Source: an uncultured Chloroflexia bacterium (GTDB taxonomy: Bacteria > Chloroflexota > Anaerolineae > Anaerolineales > Anaerolineaceae). Taken from it: a DNA stretch of 32,000 bases. Where the stretch lies: contig OY969938.1 of the NCBI GenBank assembly GCA_963704755.1, positions 3,480,001 to 3,512,000 of the forward strand, in the 5' to 3' direction. Every line of letters starts with the position of its first letter. The stretch's first letter is position 1. The notes under the pieces are model-generated. The model did no database searches. It was not told the DNA's origin and was given only the letters and a program-made list of their open reading frames with translations. The position numbers and the translations under genes were made by a program. Shown here piece by piece: positions 8,619-17,225 of the stretch.

Positions 8619-8840
8619 TGGGGGGATCCTTTCTTGGAAAACCAATAACCATTCGACACCACTCAGGCCATGCTGAAAAGAAGGAGGTCGCCACGCTACT
8701 TTTTTTCGATGAACTGAACAACACTTTTCATTTTAAGGATTGAGCAGCCAAATATATATAGATAATGTAGGTGTAATTAGTCATGATATGGGTCATATTA
8801 TTTCCTGGCAGTGGACATATGACGGGATGTGTGTTTTGGG

Positions 8841-8921
8841 TTATTGCTCAGCCTAACGGGTAAGAACTCCCAATTCGGGGTGTACGCGAGGGGTTTACCC
8901 TCGCGTACACCCCGAATTGGG
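8841..8921. repeat. flank motif plus perfect 24-bp palindrome (family P1)
   Basis: gttattgctcagcctaacgggtaagaac, then cccaattcggggtgtacgcgaggg (8869-8892), loop gttta, ccctcgcgtacaccccgaattggg (8898-8921). Confidence 0.9.
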
Positions 8922-9052
8922 AAACTTCTTGCACAAACCCGAGAGTTTATGTGTTTTTTCATTCCCAATGGATAAGAGCTGTGGTTTAATCAAAAGCCTG
9001 TACCTGCAGAGGTTGAGCGGTAATAAGGATATTTTTCTGGAAGGTTTATATT

Positions 9053-9784
9053 GTGGAGACGTCTTCTCCGGCATTGGCAAAATCGATAACGCCTGAAGCC
9101 CCTACCCGCGGACGCGAATTCCTGTCGGGACTGCAGGGCGTGCTGCCGTTGATCGTCGGGATTGTGCCCTTCGGCATGATCTACGGCGTGCTGGCGATGG
9201 CTGCCGGTTTACCGGTGGGGGCCGCCCAGGCGACCTCGGCCATCATCTTTGCCGGGTCGTCCCAGTTAGCGTTGGTGCAGTTGTTGGCCGTCGATTCGCC
9301 CGCCTGGGTTGCGGTCCTGACGGTAATCGTGCTCAACCTGCGCCATTTACTGTATTCGGCCTCGATGGCGCCTTATCTCAAGCACCTGCCCAACCGCTGG
9401 AAAGTAATTTTGTCTTATTTCCTGACCGACGAAGTATATGCGGTCAGTATTATCAAGTACGAGCGGGATGGTTTTTCACCCAACCGGCACTGGTATTTGT
9501 TTGGCGCGGGGGTGGGCTTGTGGTCCACCTGGCAGATCAGCACGGCCATTGGAATTTTCCTCGGGGCCGTCATCCCTACCACCTGGCCGCTGGATTTCGC
9601 TTTGGCGCTGACTTTCATCGCCATGGTGGTGCCTTCACTAAAAGACCGGGCCGGGGCCGCGGCTGCGCTGGGAGCCGGGATCCTGGCGGTGGCCTTCTAC
9701 CGCCTGCCGTATAACCTGGGTCTGATCCTGGCGGCGTTGGCCGGCATCGCGATTGGGATGCTGGTGGAGAGGAGGCGGGCATGA
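9053..9784 (+). CDS. azlC: AzlC family branched-chain amino acid exporter subunit
   Basis: 243-aa polytopic ORF (GTG start at 9053; start uncertain). IFAGSSQLALVQLL-type AzlC region. ATGA overlap with a downstream azlD-like ORF. Confidence 0.75.
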   Translation: METSSPALAKSITPEAPTRGREFLSGLQGVLPLIVGIVPFGMIYGVLAMAAGLPVGAAQATSAIIFAGSSQLALVQLLAVDSPAWVAVLTVIVLNLRHLLYSASMAPYLKHLPNRWKVILSYFLTDEVYAVSIIKYERDGFSPNRHWYLFGAGVGLWSTWQISTAIGIFLGAVIPTTWPLDFALALTFIAMVVPSLKDRAGAAAALGAGILAVAFYRLPYNLGLILAALAGIAIGMLVERRRA

Positions 9785-10113
9785 CCCTGTGGATTTTGCT
9801 GATTGTGGCCGGCTTGCTGACTTACCTGATCCGGCTTTCTTTTATCGCCTTGTTTGGCAAAATCGAGACTCCGCCGCTGGTCACCCGCGGTCTGCGTTTT
9901 GTACCCCCGGCGGTGTTAACGGCGATCATTTTTCAGGAATTGTTCGTGCAGGGCGGGCATATCGCCCTGGACTGGTCCAACCCGCGCCCCCTGGCCGGGC
10001 TGGCGGCGGCCCTGGTGGCCTGGCGAACGCGCAGCCCATTGTGGACGATTTTGGCCGGAGCGCTGATTCTGGCACTGATCTTGCTCCTGGATTCATCGTT
10101 CCTGCCTTCCTGA
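9781..10113 (+). CDS. azlD: AzlD family branched-chain amino acid transport protein
   Basis: 110-aa hydrophobic ORF, translationally coupled to azlC. Typical size and topology. Confidence 0.7.
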   Translation: MTLWILLIVAGLLTYLIRLSFIALFGKIETPPLVTRGLRFVPPAVLTAIIFQELFVQGGHIALDWSNPRPLAGLAAALVAWRTRSPLWTILAGALILALILLLDSSFLPS

Positions 10114-10209
10114 GCGACCTTTTTCGGCCCGAACCTGGCTGCCGGGCGAGCCAATGACTTTGCCCGGGCACGCGTCCGGCCGGTACGGAGGGCGGGCAAG
10201 TGAAAAACA

Positions 10210-11613
10210 ATGAGCCTTAAAAAGATTCTCAATTGGTCTATCTGCACATTGGTGGGATTGTGCCTGGCGCCGGCGTTGATCGTTTTCCCGGTAGCCGCCA
10301 GCAGCCAACCCGCCCAGGTACCGCCAGACTTCAACCTGATCGAATCGGGCAGCGGCGTCAGCCTGTATAGCAAGGACTACCCCGGCGGAACGCCTGACTA
10401 CGTTTTGCTGGTTAACCTGAATAAAAAGGCCGGCTTGCAGTTCCTGACCGGGACGGTGGGCAGCGCGGGTACGGGCAGCGGGTATTACGGGGGCGATAAT
10501 CCCAGCTATGCACGCCGGTCCCTTTCCGATTTCTGGACCGATTTCAGCGGCTCCAATAGCAAGGCCTTTTGCGTGCTCAATGGGGCTTTCTTTTCCAGCA
10601 ACGATGACCCGGCTCAACTGGCTTTTCCCCTAAAAGTGGACGGAACCCTGGCCAGCGGGGGCGGGGATGGCGGCTCTTACGAGGGCAAGCAAATGATGCT
10701 GGAGATCTGGAGCGACCACGCGGCCATCCAGTCGTTGAGCAAGGACGCACTGAGTGGCTCGAGCGCGCCGGACATCCTGGCCGGCTTGAGCGAGGATGCC
10801 GACAAAGGCCCGCGCGACCTGGTGGGACGCACTTTTGTAGGGGTAGCAGACCTGAACGGTGATGGGCAGGCTGAAGAGGTGCTGTTCCTGGTCTCCAAGA
10901 CCACTCGCCAGGCGGACGCCGCATCGGTGCTGCGCAGTTTTGGGGCGAGCCAGGTGATGATGCTGGATGGCGGCGATTCGGCCCAACTATTGTGCCACGG
11001 GCAGCCATACGTGTACTCCGAACGCACCATCCCCCAGGCGATCGGCGTGGTGGACGGGGTGGTTTCGGATTACGCCGCGATCCTCTCCAGCCAGCCAGCC
11101 TGGCCGGTGGTGGTGGTGGGCGAAACCCAGGAGATTACCATCACGGTGCAGAACAACGGCAGCGTCACCTGGCAGCCGGGGGACGTGTACCTGAACAATG
11201 TGCGCAATGATTGGGGCGCCGGCCAGCGCCTGGATTTGAAAACTCCGCTGGCCCCGGACGAATCGACCAGCTTTACCTGGACGACGCCTCCTTTTGATAA
11301 GAGCGGGGTGTTTACTTCCTCGTGGGAGCTCAAACGCGGCGATACCACCCTCAGTGACCATCCCCTGGTGATCAGCCTGGTGGCCATCCCTAAGGAGCTC
11401 GAGTCGCGCAAGGTGGAGCTGCAAAACCAAATCCACCAGTGGGCCCAGGACCAGGTCAACAACATCGAGAACCTGGTCTTGCAGTGGCTCCAACAGCAGA
11501 TTCACACCGGCGTGCAGAGCCTGTTCGACAAGGTCTGCCCCTCTTCGGCCGCGCTGCCGGGTGTGGCGTTGGCCATAACGTTCTGGCTGTGGCGCAGGAA
11601 ACGTCATTTGTAA
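10210..11613 (+). CDS. secreted phosphodiester glycosidase-like protein with Ig-like domain and C-terminal membrane anchor
   Basis: Signal-peptide-like N-terminus. FCVLNGAFFSSND and VMMLDGGDSAQL resemble NAGPA/DUF2233 motifs. The ITITVQNNGSVTWQPGDVYL region is Ig-like. Hydrophobic C-terminal segment followed by RRKRH. Confidence 0.55.
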   Translation: MSLKKILNWSICTLVGLCLAPALIVFPVAASSQPAQVPPDFNLIESGSGVSLYSKDYPGGTPDYVLLVNLNKKAGLQFLTGTVGSAGTGSGYYGGDNPSYARRSLSDFWTDFSGSNSKAFCVLNGAFFSSNDDPAQLAFPLKVDGTLASGGGDGGSYEGKQMMLEIWSDHAAIQSLSKDALSGSSAPDILAGLSEDADKGPRDLVGRTFVGVADLNGDGQAEEVLFLVSKTTRQADAASVLRSFGASQVMMLDGGDSAQLLCHGQPYVYSERTIPQAIGVVDGVVSDYAAILSSQPAWPVVVVGETQEITITVQNNGSVTWQPGDVYLNNVRNDWGAGQRLDLKTPLAPDESTSFTWTTPPFDKSGVFTSSWELKRGDTTLSDHPLVISLVAIPKELESRKVELQNQIHQWAQDQVNNIENLVLQWLQQQIHTGVQSLFDKVCPSSAALPGVALAITFWLWRRKRHL

Positions 11614-11653
11614 AATTATTATAACGACACAAGTTTCTATTAAAAAGTTCTCA

Positions 11654-11847
11654 AATTTGAGGTGTATGCGGGGGCGAAGCCCCCGCATACACCTCAAATT
11701 CGGGCGACTTACCCGTTGGGCTGCGTAGTTACAAAATATTATAACTACGCAACTACCCCAAAAGAGAGGTGTTTTTATTATTTTTTGCGGGCTTCGCCCG
11801 CAAAAAATAATAAAAACACCTCTCTTATCTGAATTAACCTGAGTAAC
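11654..11847. repeat. composite of three consecutive hairpins (P1, short stem, P2) ending in gaattaacctgagtaac
   Basis: Perfect 22-bp palindrome 11654-11675 / 11679-11700 (loop gaa). 9-bp stem 11723-11731 / 11742-11750. Perfect 30-bp palindrome 11763-11792 / 11796-11825 (loop ttc). Flank motif ttacccgttgggctg at 11709-11723. Confidence 0.9.
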
Positions 11848-11972
11848 AACCAACATTTCACTTTGTGTATGCGACTCGGTTTACGCTATAATCCCCATAC
11901 CGCTATGCACTGGTATGATTTTCGATGCACATACCTGACGCGCCCCTGATAACCCGGTAGAGGAGTTGCGCC

Positions 11973-12545
11973 ATGAAAACGGATTATACTGGTCACGTAA
12001 AGGCTTTACTGTTATGCCTGGATCCTCACTCGCTGGAATCGACCCGTGTCCACGAGGTGAGCGCCGGGTTCGAAGGGCTGGTGGGGGATAAACATGCCGG
12101 CCTTACCCACCTTTCCGACAGCCGTACGCCGTTTTATACATTGGGGACGGTGATTCGCAACCACCGCCAGATTTCGATTGTCTCGGTCGAGGAGCTGGAT
12201 CAAATCGCCAGGGATATGGGCCTGCCCGAAGTCTTACCGGACTGGTTGGGGGCTAACCTGGCCCTGGAGGGCATTCCCGAACTGACCTTGCTGCCACCCA
12301 TGACGCGGATTTTCTTCCCGCATGGCACCGTCCTTTCGCTGACCGGTGAAAACCTGCCTTGCAAGAATCCCGGGCGGGTGATTCAAGAGAAGCACCCGGA
12401 CCACCCCGGTCTGGTGGAAGGGTTTGTCAAGGCGGCCATGCACAAGCGGGGGTTGGTAGCCGTGGTCGAGAAGCCGGGACTGTTGGTGGATGGGGATGAG
12501 GTCTGCTTTAGCGTGCCGGGGCAATATCGCTATAACTTGAAATAG
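11973..12545 (+). CDS. MOSC domain-containing protein
   Basis: 190-aa ORF. GLVGDKHAG, IRNHRQISIVSVEEL and a beta-barrel-like C-terminal half fit my recollection of MOSC proteins. Confidence 0.55.
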   Translation: MKTDYTGHVKALLLCLDPHSLESTRVHEVSAGFEGLVGDKHAGLTHLSDSRTPFYTLGTVIRNHRQISIVSVEELDQIARDMGLPEVLPDWLGANLALEGIPELTLLPPMTRIFFPHGTVLSLTGENLPCKNPGRVIQEKHPDHPGLVEGFVKAAMHKRGLVAVVEKPGLLVDGDEVCFSVPGQYRYNLK

Positions 12546-12566
12546 TGAAGTAGATTGGAGGTGTGT

Positions 12567-12971
12567 ATGGATAACCCGTTGCTCAAAAAGCTGGTTGTCA
12601 AAGCTGAGTATCGCATGCTGGTGCTGAATTCACCACCGGGTTACCTGGAAAAGCTTTTGCCTCTGCCAGAAGGGACCCAATTGCTGACCGAAGCAGATGG
12701 GGAATTCGATTTTGGTCTGGTATACGTCACAAGCCGGGTCCAGGTTGAAGAGCATGCCCCCCAGATGCTCTCGGTCATCAAACCGGGCGGCGTGATGTGG
12801 TTTGCTTACCCCAAACGCGGCAAAGGTATCGAGACGGATATCAACCGGGACAGCGGCTGGGATGTGCTCAAGGAAGCCGGCTACCGCGGCATCGCCAACG
12901 TGGCCATCGACGAGACCTGGTCGGCGGTGCGCTTCAAGCCGCTGGCGGATATCACTCCACGGGCCGCTTGA
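12567..12971 (+). CDS. hypothetical protein (possibly DUF3052-like)
   Basis: ORF 12555-12971. The ATG at 12567 is preferred (GGAGG at 12557-12561). Its 3' end overlaps the convergent methyltransferase gene by 20 nt. Confidence 0.5.
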   Translation: MDNPLLKKLVVKAEYRMLVLNSPPGYLEKLLPLPEGTQLLTEADGEFDFGLVYVTSRVQVEEHAPQMLSVIKPGGVMWFAYPKRGKGIETDINRDSGWDVLKEAGYRGIANVAIDETWSAVRFKPLADITPRAA

Positions 12972-13998
12972 GCCCTTTTCTGGCGATCGCACCGTCCTTG
13001 CGGGTTACCCGCAGCACGGCTATTTTGGTGGAGTGATTGAACGGCGCCGGGTCGGCCGGCGGCCGGCTGACGCGGGTGGCCGGATAGCCGGCCACGTCTT
13101 CCGGCACCAGGATGCGCTCTGCCAGGTGCAGGTAGCCGTTGGTGCATAATTGCTCCAGCGATTGGCTGAATTGAGCCCCGCTGGTGAAAATCGAGTTGTT
13201 GACCAACACCAGACAGCCGTCGTGGGCCACCAGCGGGCGGATTTTGTTCGCCAGGGTCACATATTCGGCCTGGATATCCACCTTGCCGGAGACGCCGGAC
13301 GAGAAGAAGGGCGGGTCGAGGATGACACAGTCGAACAGGCTGCCGGCCTTTTTCAGCCCGGCGATGACCCGGTAATAGTCGCCGGTCATCTCGCGGTGGG
13401 CCGCATCAGGCCAGCCGTTCAGCCGGCAGGTACGCCCGGCCAGGTCGAGGAAGCGCCGGGTGCGGTCGGTCTGGATGACCCGGTCCGCGCCGCCGGCCAG
13501 GGCGGCCGCGCCCAGGCTGCCGGTGTAGGCAAAAGTGTTCAGCGCCAGCTTGCCCCGCATGGATGCGTGCAGCCAGCGGCGCAGTTCGCGGGTATCCAGG
13601 TAAAAACCACAATCCTGGTTGAGGCGCAAATCCAGCGCATAGTGGATGTCATCTTCTATTAAGCTCTCGGGGAGCGTTTTGCCCCAGACCAGCCGGCCGC
13701 GGCGCTCGTTCTCGTCTGTGGATTGGCGGTTTTTGAGCAGGATCGATGTGACCCAGGGCAGCCGGTCCACCAGCCAGGCCGGTAAGGCCTGGGTGAGCAG
13801 CTCGCCCCAGCCGCCGGGCGGGTCGCTGTAATCGAAGAGCACCAGGCAAGGTCCATACGCGTCGATGACCAGCTCCGGGCAGCCTTCGAAGAAACCGGCG
13901 AACAGGCGGAATGCCCCCTGGTGAGGTTCCTGCAGCAGGTCCTGGCGGGCGGCCAGGGCCGCCTCGATCCGGTGTTGGAGGTCGCTTAACGGGATCAC
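12952..13998 (-). CDS. class I SAM-dependent methyltransferase, RlmI/RlmK-like
   Basis: 348-aa ORF. NTFAYTGSLGAAALAGGADRVIQTD (motif I region) and FDCVILDPPFF (motif IV) match the RlmI-type rRNA m5C methyltransferase layout. Confidence 0.75.
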   Translation of the reverse strand: MIPLSDLQHRIEAALAARQDLLQEPHQGAFRLFAGFFEGCPELVIDAYGPCLVLFDYSDPPGGWGELLTQALPAWLVDRLPWVTSILLKNRQSTDENERRGRLVWGKTLPESLIEDDIHYALDLRLNQDCGFYLDTRELRRWLHASMRGKLALNTFAYTGSLGAAALAGGADRVIQTDRTRRFLDLAGRTCRLNGWPDAAHREMTGDYYRVIAGLKKAGSLFDCVILDPPFFSSGVSGKVDIQAEYVTLANKIRPLVAHDGCLVLVNNSIFTSGAQFSQSLEQLCTNGYLHLAERILVPEDVAGYPATRVSRPPADPAPFNHSTKIAVLRVTRKDGAIARKGLKRPVE

Positions 13999-14037
13999 CG
14001 GGTAATTATAACGGCGGAATGGTTAACGGGAATGAGC

Positions 14038-14178
14038 AGGTCGATTGCAGCCTGCCTGCATTTCGAGGGCAATTCCCCAAAGAATGGGTTTTTGAGTGTT
14101 ATTTTGGGGCTAAGCCCCAAAATAACACTCAAAATTATCTCTCTGTTGGGACTAAATCGGCATGATGCGATTGCCCGG
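14038..14178. mobile_element. MITE-like element, copy 2 (reverse complement of 4001-4138)
   Basis: Aligns end to end with the reverse complement of copy 1. Central 21-bp stem 14090-14110 / 14114-14134. No flanking duplication seen here. Confidence 0.7.
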
Positions 14179-14256
14179 TAACCATTTCTGCAGAGTTACG
14201 TAGACTTAACATGAAGTTTGCGGCGATACAATTAAACTCAAGCCAGGAGGCATAAA

Positions 14257-14517
14257 ATGAGTGATCAGGAACAGAAAGTCCATTACGAAGAATTTCGTGT
14301 TCGCGGTGAAGATTTAGTTTCTAAAGTCAAAGAGATTTTTCACGAAGGCAATATCCGCCGGGTGATCATCAAAGACGAAACCGGGCGCACCATGATCGAA
14401 ATCCCGTTGACGTTAGGTGTGGTCGGCGTGGTTCTACTGCCTGTTTGGGCAGCCATTGGAGCGATTGCTGCGCTGGCGGCCAACCTGACCGTGGTGGTGG
14501 AAAAGGTGGACGATTAA
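14257..14517 (+). CDS. DUF4342-like small protein with C-terminal hydrophobic segment
   Basis: 86-aa ORF with AGGAGG RBS. EEFRVRGEDLVSKVKEIFHEGNIRRVIIKDETGRTMIEIPLTLGVVG matches my recollection of DUF4342. Confidence 0.65.
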   Translation: MSDQEQKVHYEEFRVRGEDLVSKVKEIFHEGNIRRVIIKDETGRTMIEIPLTLGVVGVVLLPVWAAIGAIAALAANLTVVVEKVDD

Positions 14518-14554
14518 AAACTAATTGTGGCTGCTCAGCCATCCAAGAGGGATC

Positions 14555-14607
14555 GATTGTTTTATAGTTTTTCGCGTGCGAAGCAGGCGAAAAACTATAA
14601 AACAATC
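14555..14607. repeat. T-rich palindrome (family P2 relative) 3' of the DUF4342 gene
   Basis: 21-bp arms gattgttttatagtttttcgc (14555-14575) / gcgaaaaactataaaacaatc (14587-14607). The apex contains tgcGAAgca. Confidence 0.85.
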
Positions 14608-14791
14608 TCTTAACCTATTGTTTACCCAATTTTGCTTGTATGTTTTACGAAAATATGGAAAATATAGATAGTTAATTCCTGTAGAGACCAGGAGCCTTGT
14701 TCAGAATTTATGGGTAGATCCCATTTACGTTACAGCAATAATCCATTTTCCTCTCCTTATTTATGGCTTTGCAAGGTGAGCCTGCCATGAG

Positions 14792-14832
14792 CGACCGGTG
14801 TTGAGACTGTCTCAACACCGGTCGTTTCGTTT
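14792..14832 (+). terminator. intrinsic-terminator-like hairpin immediately upstream of the RNase H-like gene
   Basis: Perfect 15-bp stem cgaccggtgttgaga (14792-14806) / tctcaacaccggtcg (14810-14824), loop ctg, then tttcgttt (14825-14832). The ATG of the next gene is at 14847. Confidence 0.6.
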
Positions 14833-14846
14833 ACTACGAGGGTGAT

Positions 14847-15386
14847 ATGACATTGACGCTTCGCTTCGACGGTTTGTACATGAGTATTCCCAAAAAGGGC
14901 GGAAAATTCAGCAGCGCCGGTTTCATGTGTTATGGCTGGATCATTTCACGCGACGGCCGGGTGCTGGCACGCGGGCACGGCGGCTATGTCCAGGCCCACA
15001 ACGCCAGCTCGCACATCGCCGAGTACCTGGGTCTGATCGAGGGGTTGGAGGCGCTGCACGACATGGGCGCGACAGGTGAAACCATCCTGGTGATCGGGGA
15101 TGCCAAATCGCTGATCGATCAGATGCGCGGCAAAGCCGCGGTCAATTCAGACCATATCCGCCCGCTGAACCGGCGGGCCTGCCAGGCCGCCCGCGGGTTC
15201 GACGAGTTGATCTGGGAATGGCTGCCGCGGCGGAATAACCGCGCGGCCGACGCGCTCACCCGCCGGGCCTTACGCCAGATCCGGGCCAACCCGGCCAGCT
15301 ACATGTCGAATTTGTACGCCAAGGCGAAGCCTAAAACGAGCCAGTTCCGGCCGGTCCTGGATTTGCGCATCTACCAGCCGGATTGA
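14847..15386 (+). CDS. RNase H-like (RNase HI / RVT_3-type) protein
   Basis: 179-aa ORF. DEDD-like pattern (RFDG..., IAEYLGLIEGLEAL, VIGDAKSLIDQMRG, NNRAADALTRRAL). Confidence 0.7.
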   Translation: MTLTLRFDGLYMSIPKKGGKFSSAGFMCYGWIISRDGRVLARGHGGYVQAHNASSHIAEYLGLIEGLEALHDMGATGETILVIGDAKSLIDQMRGKAAVNSDHIRPLNRRACQAARGFDELIWEWLPRRNNRAADALTRRALRQIRANPASYMSNLYAKAKPKTSQFRPVLDLRIYQPD

Positions 15387-15394
15387 GTATCTGC

Positions 15395-15540
15395 GGTAAG
15401 AACCCCGAATTTGAGGTACGTGTGGGGGCTTAGCCCCCACACGTACCTCAAATTCGGAGTACTATTTAACTAGAGCCTGAATAGTTACAATAATTCTCGG
15501 GGTGCGATCGTCTGCAACCCGAGAATTAACCTGAGAGTAG
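15395..15540. repeat. composite repeat: P1 palindrome, linker, second hairpin, aacctgagagtag end
   Basis: Perfect 25-bp palindrome 15405-15429 / 15433-15457 (loop tta). 10-bp stem 15492-15501 / 15518-15527. Shares tagttacaa and gaattaacctgag modules with 11654-11847. Sits between convergent gene ends. Confidence 0.9.
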
Positions 15541-15553
15541 GTCGAAATAAGCG

Positions 15554-16519
15554 TTATTTGTGGACGATCTCGGCGGCCCTGGTCAGCCGGTCGAGCAGTT
15601 CGGGGGTCAGGTCGAAGTGCAGCACCTGGGCAACCACCTGGGTCCAGCCGTGGATGAAGTAAACCCAGCCATCCTCCACTTTCAAAGGCCGTTTTTCGGC
15701 CTGGGCGAGCGCCTGGTGTAAAAAGTCGAGTTCACCGCGGTAATTGAATTCCCAGGCGATCCCGTTGGCCGGGAATTGGCCTTCCCAGGTGATCGGCGAA
15801 CCAGGCGAATTCTTCCCCATCCCGGTGGCATTGATGACCACGCTGTGGGCGGGCATGCCGGCCATGATTTCGTCGTTTTTGCGCGGGTCGGCGTTGCAAA
15901 TGTACTCCACCTGGATATCGGTTTTGAGTTTGCCGACCATCTCTTTGGCGTGATCCAGGCGCCCTTTGGAGCGGTTGACCAGAATAAAGCGGCGCGGGCG
16001 GTCGCCTTTGTTCTGCTTGTTGATCAGGTGCAGCAAGGTCGCGATCGCCGAACCGCCCGCGCCGAAACAAAGCACATCCCCGCCGGTGGCGGCGAAATAA
16101 TTTTCTCCGACGATGGCGTCCAGGCTGAGCCCGGATGAAATGGGGTCTTTGGCGTGGCCGACCAGGCTGCCGTTCTCTTTGGATATGCTGGAGACCTCGT
16201 CACATATCTGGGCGTAGGGGTCGAGGATTTCGAACATGTCCCGTGCGGCGGTCAGCAGGTCGATTTTATGGGTGGTGACCAGCGCGCCCAGGGAGAGCGG
16301 GTCGTATTTGATTTGGGCTACGGCCTGGCGGTAATTCTGCGGATCATCGTGGATCTTGAGATCCACACCTTCGATGATGACATCCGTGCGGCCCATTTCT
16401 TTCATCCATAAAGGAAAGACTTTCATAATGGATGATTTGGTCGTGGTTACCCCGATAAAATAGAACGTGGGGACGGATTTGGTGATAACGCGGTGCTCCA
16501 GGGAGGTTTGAGTTGTCAT
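15554..16519 (-). CDS. shikimate/quinate dehydrogenase family protein
   Basis: 321-aa ORF. FYFIGVTTTKSSIMKVFPLW... and GALVTTHKIDL (substrate domain), plus LCFGAGGSAIA (Rossmann). Confidence 0.7.
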   Translation of the reverse strand: MTTQTSLEHRVITKSVPTFYFIGVTTTKSSIMKVFPLWMKEMGRTDVIIEGVDLKIHDDPQNYRQAVAQIKYDPLSLGALVTTHKIDLLTAARDMFEILDPYAQICDEVSSISKENGSLVGHAKDPISSGLSLDAIVGENYFAATGGDVLCFGAGGSAIATLLHLINKQNKGDRPRRFILVNRSKGRLDHAKEMVGKLKTDIQVEYICNADPRKNDEIMAGMPAHSVVINATGMGKNSPGSPITWEGQFPANGIAWEFNYRGELDFLHQALAQAEKRPLKVEDGWVYFIHGWTQVVAQVLHFDLTPELLDRLTRAAEIVHK

Positions 16520-16539
16520 GAGAGATCCTATCGATAAGG

Positions 16540-17187
16540 TTAGTTCGTTCGAGCGGTTTGGACAAGGTGGGTAAATTCAACTGCCCGTTGGGTAATTTCG
16601 TCGAATTTGCCTTCTTTGGCGAGTTTGGATGGGCACAGTTCACTGCCTACGCCCACGGCGATGACCCCGGTGGCAAACCATTCCGCAATGTTGGCTGCAC
16701 TGACGCCGCCGGTCGGCATCATGGGAATATAGGGGAAGGGCCCTTTCAGGGCTTTGATGTAACCGGGCCCGGCCAGCGATCCGGGGAAGATCTTGATCAC
16801 GTCGGCTCCCAACTGGTAAGAGCGGAGCACTTCGGTCGGCGTCAGTGCCCCGGCCATGCTGACCAATCCACTGGCGACCATCGCACTGACCAGCGCAGGT
16901 TCGCAAACTGGGCTGACCAGGAAACATGCGCCGCTGGCCTTGGCCCGTTCCACCTGGCCCGCTTCGGTGAGCGTGCCCATTCCCAGGGTAATCTCATCTC
17001 CGTATTGTTCGCTCAGGGTTTTGACCACAGCTTCGGCATCGGGCGTGCTGTAGGTTACTTCGATTCCTTTCACCCCGCCTTTGACCAGTGCACCGACCAT
17101 TTGTACGGTCAGCTCGGCGGAAGGACCGCGGATGACGGCTAACAAACCCAGGTTTTGAATCCTTTTCAGTGTTTCTTTTTTATCCAT
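16540..17187 (-). CDS. eda: 2-dehydro-3-deoxyphosphogluconate / 4-hydroxy-2-oxoglutarate aldolase
   Basis: ORF 16540-17274. The ATG at 17185-17187 is preferred (GGAGA upstream, MDKKETLKRI). LLAVIRG, GVKGIEVTY, FLVSP, IKIFPGS and MPTGGVS are KDPG aldolase hallmarks. Confidence 0.85.
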   Translation of the reverse strand: MDKKETLKRIQNLGLLAVIRGPSAELTVQMVGALVKGGVKGIEVTYSTPDAEAVVKTLSEQYGDEITLGMGTLTEAGQVERAKASGACFLVSPVCEPALVSAMVASGLVSMAGALTPTEVLRSYQLGADVIKIFPGSLAGPGYIKALKGPFPYIPMMPTGGVSAANIAEWFATGVIAVGVGSELCPSKLAKEGKFDEITQRAVEFTHLVQTARTN

Positions 17188-17225
17188 TGTGTCTCCAGGG
17201 GAACATGTATGAATGAGCGGGGCGA

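Noticed and set aside
14847-15386. RNase H-like gene as part of a retroelement, retron or DGR linked to the repeats
   Set aside because: No reverse transcriptase, integrase or template/variable repeat pair is present in the window. Differences between array units are not biased to adenine positions.
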